Origin: Pseudomonadota bacterium
Lineage (GTDB): Bacteria > Desulfobacterota > Desulfobulbia > Desulfobulbales > SURF-16
Length of the DNA: 64,000 nt
Direction of reading: 5' to 3'
Assembly (NCBI GenBank): GCA_043809085.1
Contig: JAZDEG010000030.1
Coordinates: 21,378 to 85,377 of the forward strand
Shown: in pieces, positions 1 through 9,100 of the stretch
Layout of the letters: each line of letters opens with the position of its first letter
Position numbering within the stretch: position 1 is the first letter of the stretch
Made by a program: the position numbers and the translations under genes
Notes under the pieces: generated by a model
Told to the model about the DNA's origin: nothing
The model's database searches: none
Seen by the model: the letters and a program-made list of their open reading frames with translations, nothing else

Positions 1-212
1 CCCGAACAATCCGCATGGGCGGACATAAGAATGAGGTCGGGGAAATAATGGGCGGCGAGTTCCACCACATGAGCACAATCTTCACAATGAACAACACGAA
101 AGTTCTGATCAAGAAAACTGCGGAGATCAGAGCATAATGGCGAACCGCCGCAACCGAGAAGGATCACCTCCTCTCCGCTATTTGCCAAAGGGTAAGTCAC
201 CTCGTTATTCAT
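1..212 (-). CDS. Receiver-like, probably degenerate (pseudo-receiver), domain protein. Only the N-terminal part is present; the gene leaves the window.
   Basis: The frame is open but absent from the ORF track because it runs off the window. The ATG at 212..210 lies 2 nt after the TAA of the upstream gene. My translation is MNNEVTYPLANSGEEVILLGCGGSPLCSDLRSFLDQNFRVVHCEDCAHVVELAAHYFPDLILMSAHADCS. It has a CheY-like beta-alpha-beta layout, but the acidic pocket residues are replaced (GCGG, LILMS). Confidence 0.3.
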   Translation of the reverse strand, partial: MNNEVTYPLANSGEEVILLGCGGSPLCSDLRSFLDQNFRVVHCEDCAHVVELAAHYFPDLILMSAHADCS

Positions 213-214
213 TA

Positions 215-1228
215 TTAATCCTGGAAAAGTTTCCCAATACCGCCCAACACCGATCCTTCGCCTTGTGATCTGGCACCTGTCTGGGGGGCCGATTCGTGAA
301 TTTTACCGGCCAGACGGGAAAAAGGAAGTGACTGCAGCCAGACATGTCCCGGCCCCTGGAGTCGGGCAAAGAAAAAACCTTCTCCACCGAATATCGCTGA
401 TTTTATTCCGCCTACGGTTTGCAGGTCAAAGCCAACCGAAGAAGTCATGGCCACAAGACAGCCGGTATCCACACGCAGAGACTCGCCATGCTGCAGTTCC
501 TTTTCGATGATGGTTCCGCCGGCATGGACAAAACTGAGACCGTCTCCCTCAAGCTTCTGCATGATGAATCCTTCTCCACCAAATAAAGCGACACCGATTT
601 TTTTCTGAAAATAGAGACCGATGCTGACCCCTTTTGCTGCGCAGAGGAAGGCGTCCTTCTGGCAGATAATAGTGCCATTGTATTGGCGCAGATCAAGGGG
701 GATGATTTTGCCCGGATAAGGCGCGGCGAATGCCACTCTTCTCTTCGCCTGATCACGATTGGTAAAGACAGTGCAGAAAAGACTCTCGCCGGTAATTAAT
801 CTTTTGCCGGCGCCGAGAAATTTTCCCATCAAACCGGCTGATCCGCTCTCGCTGCCGTCGCCGAAAACTGTCTGCATTTCAATGCCGTCTTCCATGTACA
901 TCATGGCGCCGGCTTCAGCAACAGCGCTTTCATGCTGATCAAGCTCAATTTCCACAAACTGCATTTCATGGCCGAAAATTTCAAAATCGATTTCATGGGC
1001 CTTTTGCATTTGTTTCAAGTTTTCCATCGGCGGCGTGGGAATATGCCGGGAACCCGTGCTTCCGGGCCGGAACTCCGGTACGTCGCCCAGAGGTTGCCAT
1101 TTTTCATATCCCTCTTTCCAGATAAATGTCTGCGGAGTATACAGTCCCGCTTCAAGCCCCTCACTGATCTGCTCACCGGTGAATGGCCCACGGGACTTTC
1201 CGTCAACAGCGACAAACCAACCATTCAT
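215..1228 (-). CDS. GYF_2 domain fused to an AIM24/TIGR00266 (DUF124) family domain.
   Basis: 337-aa ORF. The N-terminus WFVAVDGKSRGPFTGEQISEGLEAGLYTPQTFIWKEGYEKWQPLGDVPEF matches the GYF_2 pattern. The remainder (FEIFGHEMQFVEIELD...GGEGFIMQKLEGDG...GGEGFFFARLQGPGHVWLQS) is typical of AIM24/TIGR00266. Confidence 0.6.
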   Translation of the reverse strand: MNGWFVAVDGKSRGPFTGEQISEGLEAGLYTPQTFIWKEGYEKWQPLGDVPEFRPGSTGSRHIPTPPMENLKQMQKAHEIDFEIFGHEMQFVEIELDQHESAVAEAGAMMYMEDGIEMQTVFGDGSESGSAGLMGKFLGAGKRLITGESLFCTVFTNRDQAKRRVAFAAPYPGKIIPLDLRQYNGTIICQKDAFLCAAKGVSIGLYFQKKIGVALFGGEGFIMQKLEGDGLSFVHAGGTIIEKELQHGESLRVDTGCLVAMTSSVGFDLQTVGGIKSAIFGGEGFFFARLQGPGHVWLQSLPFSRLAGKIHESAPQTGARSQGEGSVLGGIGKLFQD

Positions 1229-1299
1229 TTTATTTCTCCTGTCTCGTCAAAAAAATAAAAACATGAAAAAGATGATTCTGGTTACGACTATCCATCATT

Positions 1300-1899
1300 T
1301 TACTTATAAATCCTATGACACTCCTTCGTCAAACGGTTTACAAGGGCGACTTTTTCTCGTGCCGTCGCGAAATCCCCCTTTTTTACGGCCGTCAGACATC
1401 CCTTGATTTCGGCGCTACATTGCCTCCAGGAGTCAAACCATTCCTTGTCTGCGCAGAGATTGTAATCTTCACACTTCTTCGTCAATTCCTGCGCAGACTC
1501 AGGAGAAAGAGCTGTTTCTTCAGCCGCCAGTTTCGTCACCTCTTTCCAGAGCCTGGCGATATCTTTTTTTAGTTTTTTTCCACCCGATACACCGACTTTT
1601 TTCCCTTGTGATGCTTTCTTTGCAGCGGAAACATCATCCACATCCCCCGCCGGAATTTCTTCGTCAGTTGTCAGTCTACTCTGCAGGAAAATTTCACAGG
1701 AGACAACGCCTTTTTTTAACTGTTTTTTTATCGAAAAAGAAAAGGTGTCACCCATGGTCAGCTTTTCTCCACTGATCGTAATTCCCCCCCTGCCAAGTTC
1801 CTCGGCAAGCCTGGTAAGTTCTTCTGCCACTTCACCAGCCGACTGCAATTTACTTTTACGTTTCAGGATTTCTTTCTGAAATTTCATCTTTTCAGACAC
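1300..1899 (-). CDS. Hypothetical protein, possibly an amphi-Trp domain plus a C-terminal XXXCH-type domain.
   Basis: 199-aa ORF with a Lys-rich middle. The C-terminus reads ...NRLTKECHRIYK. From memory, the N-terminal part (GGITISGEKLTMGDTFSFSIKK) resembles amphi-Trp family members. The family assignment was not verified. Confidence 0.4.
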   Translation of the reverse strand: MSEKMKFQKEILKRKSKLQSAGEVAEELTRLAEELGRGGITISGEKLTMGDTFSFSIKKQLKKGVVSCEIFLQSRLTTDEEIPAGDVDDVSAAKKASQGKKVGVSGGKKLKKDIARLWKEVTKLAAEETALSPESAQELTKKCEDYNLCADKEWFDSWRQCSAEIKGCLTAVKKGDFATAREKVALVNRLTKECHRIYK

Positions 1900-2254
1900 T
1901 TACAACTCCTGTGAAAAAAGTTTACTGTTATTCTGATATTGTATCACAAATGAAATGAAAACATGAAAGCGAAATGCCACTTTCACCATGGGCAATCATG
2001 GTAGTTTTTAACCATCATTGTCGGTAATATGACAAAACATTTAAAGAAGACAACAAAAGGAGAGACATCGACAAATATGTCCGGCAGAAACTCATCAGAT
2101 CCAACAAGTTCCTCGTCGGGAAAGAAATGAAGAATATCCCGGCAAGAATAGCCTTACCAAGAATCATCAAGGCGTGAGGAAACGTTACAGGTACTATTCC
2201 TTCTCGGTTAAAAGAATAAAATCGGCAAAAATGTCGCCTGCATCAACAACGAGT

Positions 2255-2303
2255 TTTTAAAAAAAGATGCGCCGGTTCATTGGTTTCCAGCCCAATGAAC
2301 CGG
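2255..2303 (-). terminator. Rho-independent terminator closing the fdhA-hdrA-mvhD transcription unit.
   Basis: A perfect 12-bp stem pairs ccggttcattgg (2272..2283) with ccaatgaaccgg (2292..2303), with an 8-nt loop. On the minus strand it is followed by CGCATC and a run of 7 T (plus-strand A run 2259..2265). It lies 15 nt after the mvhD stop. Confidence 0.75.
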
Positions 2304-2317
2304 TGTGATACAAGAAA

Positions 2318-2917
2318 TTACAGCGCGGATTCAATAGCCTTGCTCAGCTTGGCATCAATAACTTCAACCAGATGAGCCTCACTGTAATCATTGTCTTTAC
2401 GAAGGGTCTTGGTCGTTGTGCCAAAGGCCATGCGCAGTTTCTTACTGTTGACCAACTCAAGTGCCTTATGGAGTCTTTTTTTCATTTCATCAGGCGCGAT
2501 ACCCTCGGCGTGGCCAAGGGGACCAAGCTCACGCACCTTGGCGGTGAACTCGGTGATCAGCTTGACAAAACGAGGAGCCTCAGCGGCGGAAGCCCACTGA
2601 AGATTATAGCGGGCCGGATTTACTCCGATTCCACTTAAAATTTTATGAACAAGAACATCTACACCCATTGCATCGTAATTACCTACCTGGTAATGACATT
2701 CGCCGAGTTGTCAGCCGCCGGTGAATATACCGGCCGCTCCCTCAATAAATCCTTGCAGGATGAAAGAGGGATCGATGCGTCCGGTACACATGACCCGGAT
2801 TGTTCGCATATTGGGGGGATACTGATACCTTGAAACACCAGCAGCATCTGCTGCGGCATAGCAGCACCAGTTGCAGAGAAAACCCAGTATTTTCGGGTTG
2901 AATGCTTCCTTTGTCAT
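2318..2917 (-). CDS. mvhD: MvhD/FlpD-like protein (methyl-viologen-reducing hydrogenase delta subunit family), a selenoprotein with Sec encoded by the TGA at 2711..2713.
   Basis: Track ORFs 2711..2917 and 2318..2668 are in the same frame. Read-through gives ...GAAGIFTGG-U-QLGECHYQVGNYDAMGVDVLV..., so the TGA replaces the first Cys of the MvhD GCxxGxCHY motif. Total length is 199 aa. Confidence 0.85.
2678..2694 (-). promoter_or_regulatory. Candidate bacterial SECIS hairpin for mvhD.
   Basis: On the minus strand, 16 nt after the UGA: AUUACC-AGGUA-GGUAAU. This is a 6-bp stem with a 5-nt loop containing GGU. Confidence 0.5.
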
Positions 2918-3013
2918 TCTGACACCTCTTCGATGTGACGCACTGACGAATCGTCGGTCAGTCCATCGATTGTTTATATATATATCACAAGCTGAAATTA
3001 ATTATGAGCAATG

Positions 3014-6000
3014 TTACAGCTCACCAAATGCCTTTATCTGGGCGTTGATCTGCTCCATGGTAAAGCCGCCCATGGAAATAGCGAATGTGGGACAACGTGA
3101 CGAGCAGATACCACACCCCTTGCAGGAAGCGGAGATGGTGTGCGCTTTCTTTATCTTGCCATCCTTTACCATTTCGATGGCCTGATAAGGACAAAGGCTT
3201 GCACAAATACCGCAACCGATACACTGTTCTTTATCAACATGAGAAACAATCGGTTCAACGGAAACATGTCCTTTGACAAGTGGAATGGCAGCCTTTGCTG
3301 CGGCAGCCTGAGCCTGTACGATGATTTCATCTAGAGGCTTTGGTGAATGCGCCAGTCCGCACACATAGACACCATCCACGGCAAGTTCAACCGGCCGCAA
3401 TTTCACATGGGCTTCCAGATAGAATTTGTTCTCATTGATCGGAATTTTCAACAATTTGCTCAGAGTTTCGGTATCTTCCGGCACAATGCCGACACTCAAG
3501 ACGATGAGATCAGGGTTCAGACTGACCTCTTCCTGGAGCAAGGTGTCAAAGAAAGACACATTCACATTATTGCCTTTTTTTGTCACTTCCGGTTTGCGGT
3601 CAACCTCGTAGGGAATGAAAACAACGCCTTTTCCCCTGGCTTCCAGATACGCATCTTCTGCATATCCATAGGTGCGCATATCCCGGTAGAGAACAATAAC
3701 CTGGGATTTCGGGTTAATCTCTTTTACCTTCAGGGCATTTTTCACTGCGGTATTACAGCAGACCTTGCTACAGTACTTCAGATCATCGCCGCGGGATCCC
3801 GCGCACTGAATCATCACAACCGAGTCCGGCGCGCGATTTTTTGCTTTACCGGCAAGCGTGGTTTCCAGTTCATGCTGAGTGACAACCTTTGTTGACTGTC
3901 CCAGCATATACATATCAGGGCGATGTTCCCTGCCGCCGGTGGCAACAATGATGACCCCATGATCAATGGTCAGCTCGGTTTCCTTCTTGCCTTTAACGGT
4001 TTTAACCACGGAAGAGAAATTACCGACAAAACCATTGACCGCCACCAGTTCACCGCTGGTCAATACCTCGATTTTTTTGTTTTTCTCAACCCTTTTTACC
4101 AGGTCTTTGATCATCTGGGGCGTATTTTCCCCTTTGATGGTGTCCTGCATTTTTGCCGCATGACCGCCGAGATTATCGTTCTTTTCAACCAGATAACATT
4201 GGAAACCCTGGTCGGCCAGATTTTCCGCAGCAGTGAGACCGGCAATACCTCCACCAATGATCAGTGCCTGGGGGGTAACAGGGACAGTCTGTTCCGGAAG
4301 GGGTCGCAAGTGACGTGCCTTGGCAATTCCCATCCGTACCAGGTCTTTTGACTTAAGGGTTGCCGCATCAGGTTCCTGTGCATGAACCCAGGAACACTGA
4401 TCCCGGATATTAACCATTTCAAAAAGAGAACGGTTAAGCCCTGCATCTTTCAAGGTTTCCTGAAAAAGCGGTTCATGGGTACGGGGTGAACAGGCGGCCA
4501 TGACGATCCTGTTCAACTTGTGCTCTTTGATCTTGTTCTTGATGATCTCCTGGGCATCTTGGGAGCAACTGTAAAGGCTGTCACTGAAATAGGTGACATT
4601 TTCCATTCCGCCGGCATAATCAACAACATTCGGCACATCAACCGTAGAGGCGATATTGATACCGCAACGGCAGACAAAAACGCCGATACGAACCTCATCG
4701 TCTTCGTTTACGAGCTGCTCAACAGGATATTCCTTATGAACAATGCCGGTGCCGCGCTGTTGTTTAATGAGCGCTGCGGCGAGGCCTGCTGCGGCACTTG
4801 ACTGGGTGACGCTTTCAGGAATGTCTTTTGGCCCCTGAAAGGCGCCCGCAACAAAGATGCCCTCGCGGCTGGTATTTAAGGGAGCAAAGGTGTCGGTCTT
4901 GCAGAAATCATATTTATTCAATTCAAAGTTACCGATCCTGGCAAGATCCTTGGCGCTTTTTGGCGAGTCGAGACCAACGGACAGAACTACCATGTCAAAG
5001 GCATCAAAATGATGACTTTCGGCAAGGGTTGAATAGGTCAGTTTAAGCTTTTTGCCCCACGGCATGACATCGGCAACTTTGGCGCGAACGAATTTGATGC
5101 CGAACAGTTCCTCCGCCCGGATGCGAGCCGCATCGAAATCCTTGCCCTGGGTCCGCATGTCCATGTAAAAAATGGTGATTTCGCATTCAGGATCATGTTC
5201 CTTGGCAACCATGGCTTCTTTGATAGCATACATGCAGCACACGGAGGAGCAGTATCCATTGTCACAGCCAAGATCACGGGACCCGACACACTGGATAAAG
5301 GCAATTTTTCCTGGGTGGCGTTTATCGGAAAGGCAGCGAACCTCACCCATGAAAGGTCCCGAGGGGTTGAGCAGTCTTTCGAACTCCAGGCTGGTGACAA
5401 CATCGGGATGTTTGCCGTAACTGTATTTGGCGAGGGCCTCGTCCGGCACCTTGCCGAATCCTGGAGCCATGATCACCGCCCCGACATGAAGTTCCCGTTC
5501 AACCGGTTTCTGTGAAAAATCGATGGCATGACTGCGGCAGACCGGTACGCATATCTTGCATGTATCGTGCTTCAGGTGAAGACATGCGTTTGGATCAATA
5601 AAATAGGTGGCCGGTACCGCCTGGGGATAATCAATATGAATCGGTCGGGTAATAGACAGTCCTTCGTTATAGCTGTCCACCATATGGCGCGGACAATATT
5701 GAGTACACAGACCGCAGGCCGTGCATTTATCGGCGTCGATGTAACGGGGGTTCAAGCGGACTTTGGCTTTGAATTCACCAGGTTTTCCATCAAGAGAAAG
5801 AAAATCGGCGTTGCTCAGAATTTCAATATTGGGAGACCGACCGGCCTCAACCAGCTTCGGAGCGAGGATTCAAAGAGAACAGTCGTTGGTGGGAAATGTT
5901 TTATCAAGCTGAGCCATGGCGCCACCCACTGCTGCTGATTTTTCCACCAGATAGACATAATATCCCAGTTCGGTTAGATCGAGGGCGGCCTGCACCCCGG

Positions 6001-6058
6001 CAACACCGCCGCCGACAACCATCACAGATCCGGACCTGTGTTCCATTGCTTTACCCAT
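3014..6058 (-). CDS. hdrA: Large tandem HdrA-like flavoprotein (heterodisulfide reductase subunit A family) with a C-terminal 2x[4Fe-4S] domain. Selenoprotein, with Sec encoded by the TGA at 5870..5872.
   Basis: Track ORFs 5870..6058 and 3014..5755 are in the same frame. Read-through gives ...[30 protein letters not shown]...[18 protein letters not shown]. There are two FAD-binding modules ([14 protein letters not shown] and [14 protein letters not shown]). An HdrA N-terminal-type Cys cluster ([11 protein letters not shown]) lies between them. The C-terminus carries [12 protein letters not shown] and [12 protein letters not shown]. Total length is 1014 aa. Confidence 0.85.
5834..5848 (-). promoter_or_regulatory. 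Candidate bacterial SECIS hairpin for hdrA.
   Basis: On the minus strand, 21 nt after the UGA: GAGGCC-GGUC-GGUCUC. This is a 6-bp stem including one G-U pair, with a GGUC tetraloop. Confidence 0.5.
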
Positions 6059-6129
6059 TTTGTTCTCCAGTTTTATAATAATCTAGCAAGAGTAATATGA
6101 TAAAATTAACAAGAAATTCATTTCTTTTT

Positions 6130-9100
6130 TTAGGCGATTTTTTCTATACGGATCGCACATACCTTGGCCTCGGGGATCTTACACACCGGATCAAGTGCGT
6201 CATTGGTCAACAGGTTTGCCGCCGCTTCCTTATAGTGAAAAGGAATAAAGACGATACCTGGCTCAACCCGGTCTGTGATTCTTGCCGGCAGAGAAATTGA
6301 TCCACGTCGCGAACGAGCCCTGACTTCTTCACCGTCTTTAATTTCCAGTTGTGCGGCTGTATCCGGATGTATCTCGACATAGGGAGAAGGAGCCGAAAGT
6401 TCAAGAATCTGGGACCGTCTGGTCATAGTGCCGGTGTGATACTGATAGAGAACTCTTCCGGTAGTGAGCACCAACGGATACTCGGAGTCGGCTACCTCCT
6501 TTGGTCCTTTCCAGGCGATCTCAGTAAATTTTGCCCTGCCGATGGGAAAGGTATCGACAAACAGTACGGGGGTTCCGGGGTGGTCTTCACTGGGACACGG
6601 CCACTGCAAACCACCTTCTGCATCAAGACGCCTGTGAGACATACCGGCCATATGGGGCCAACTGCGGCAGATCTCGCTGAAAACTTCTTCAGGAAAAGGA
6701 GCAAACGCGCGATACTTGCCTCCACCGTTCAGGTTGAATTGTCTGCCCGGCCTGCTCATCATGCTCTGAACTGTTCCCACCATCCGGGCGGTAACCATGT
6801 GGATAATGGAAAGATCATCCATGGCATGACCTGGTGGGCAGACAGCGCGCCGCACCCGCTGGACCCGTCTTTCGGTGTTGGTAAAAGTTCCGTCTTTTTC
6901 AGCAAAACATGCGGCCGGCAACACGACATCGGCAAGTTCGGCGGTACAGGTCATGAAGATATCCTGTACCACCAGAAAATCAAGTTTTTCCAGTGCTTTG
7001 GTAGCATGTCCGCTGTTCGGATCACTGAGAACGGGGTTCTCTCCCATTATCCACATGCCGGAAATTTTTCCATCCAAAATGGCGGGGATCATTTCCGTTG
7101 CCGTTAAACCCGGATTTTCAGGAACAGGGGTTCCCCAAATTTCTTCAAAATGTTTCCGGGCATTCTCATCGGCGACCGGTCGGTAACCGGGCAAATTCGA
7201 AGGAACGCAACCCATATCGCTTGATCCCTGCACATTGTTTTGGCCGCGCAAGGGATTAAGACCCGCACCGTGTTTGCCGAGATTCCCGGTAAGCAGAGCC
7301 AGATTGGCAAGGGTTCGGACGTTGTCCGTTCCGGATGTGTGCTGGGTTATGCCCATGGTATAGTAAATACCGGCTCGTTCCGCCTTGGCATAAATCCGTG
7401 CCGCTTCTTCAATATCGGCAGATGGGACACCGGTTATTTTTTCAGCCCATTCGGGAGTGCAGTGACTGACGGAATCTCTCATCTTTTCAAAATGTTCCGT
7501 CCGCTCTTCAATATATTTTTTATCATGAAGGTCATCCCGGATAATAACATGACACATTGCATTAATAAGGGCAGCATCACTGCCAGGGCGTTGCCGCAGC
7601 CACACTCGAGCACTTTTGGTCAGCTCAATCTGACGAGGGTCGGCAACAAGGAGTTTTGCCCCCTTTTTAACCGCATGCATCATGCGCACCGCGATGACCG
7701 GATGGGCTTCTGTTGTGTTGGAGCCGATAACCAGCAGCACCTCGTTGTCTTCAATGCCGGCGATCGTGTTGCTCATTGCCCCGGAACCAAGCGTTGTTGC
7801 AAGACCTGCAACCGTGGGAATGTGTCAGTAGCGGGCACAGTGATCGACATTGTTGGTGCCGATCACCGATCTGAAAAATTTCTGGAATGCATAATTTTCT
7901 TCGACCGTGCACCGGGCAGAGGAAAGACCCCCAAGGGAATCAGCCCCCTTCTCAGCCATTATTCGGGCAAATGAACCGGCGATAAAATCAAGGGCATCAT
8001 CCCATCTTGCCGGTTCCAGCGGTCCGCCTGGTCTTCTGCGGATCAGCGGTCTTTTAAGTCTGTCAGGGTGATGAATAAAATTATGGCCGAAACGCCCCTT
8101 AACACAGAGATCCCCATAATTCGGGCCGACTTCGGGATCAGCGGTGACCTCCATGATGGTCTGCCCCTTGACCCTGAGAATTATCTGGCATCCTGTTCCA
8201 CAGTATGGGCAGGTTGTCCTGACATCATGAACCTCTTCAGACTGAATAGGAACGATTCTGTGTTTTTTGTTCAGTGCTCCGGTGGAACAATTGTCCACGC
8301 ATTTTCCGCAGGAAACGCAGTTGTCCTTGAAGCGAATGACAAGTCCGTGCGGCCTGCCCTCTTCATCAACGGATTCGGCTTTCAATTCAAGGGCATCATA
8401 TTCGCAGACCCTCAGACAACGCTGACAGAAGATGCACTTGTTGGGATCAATATCAATGGCTTTATGAGTTGTGTCTATAGGATAAACCGGAATTGTCCCC
8501 ATACCGGTTTTATTGATATTAACATCATAGGCAATGTCGAGTTCCTTGAGGTTACATCTGTCAAATGCAGTGCAGCCGCAGGAGAGGCAACGTTCCGCTT
8601 CACGGCGCACCATTTTTTCGGTAAAGCCGAGTTTTATCTCATCAAAATCCTGTTTGCAGACTTCGGGCGGTCTTTGCGGCATCTTTTCGCGAAGCTTGAC
8701 ATTAATGCCTTCAAAGTTTTTCAGACTGACGTCATCAAAGCCCTTGCCACGGGTAAAATTGAATCGGCTTTCCGCAGCTTCCTTGTCAACACCCATGACA
8801 TAAGAGTGAATGTTTTCTGCGGCACGGCGACCTGTTACAACAGCTTGAATAACGGATTTAACACCGCTTACGGAGTCACCACCGGCAAAAACACCTTCAA
8901 TGTTAGTCTGTGAAGAACGAGGGTTGGCGACTATCATTCCCCTGTCCGACAGCTCAAGGGATGCTTCAAGTTCTCCTCCCGGCATGACACCATCAATGGC
9001 GAATTGCCCTATGGCGCTTATGACGGTATCAACCGGCAGTGCATTTTTGGATTCGGGAATCGGTACGGGTTCTCGTCTGCCGCGGCTGTCAGGTTCGCCA

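Noticed and set aside
2077-2130. 17-codon micro-ORF (MSGRNSSDPTSSSSGKK) preceded by AAGGAGAG, in the 418-nt gap between the hypothetical gene and the mvhD terminator.
   Set aside because: It is too short and too low in complexity to support. The SD-to-ATG spacing is long at 12 nt. There is no supporting conservation information.
2711-7827. The three in-frame TGAs (2711..2713, 5870..5872, 7825..7827) could be genuine stops, giving pseudogenes or split genes.
   Set aside because: In each case the reading frame continues without further stops. The flanking residues reconstitute a conserved family motif with the TGA at a Cys/Sec column. A small GGU-loop hairpin follows at SECIS distance. All three families (FdhA, HdrA, MvhD/VhuD) are established selenoprotein families. 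Three independent nonsense mutations at exactly such positions are implausible.
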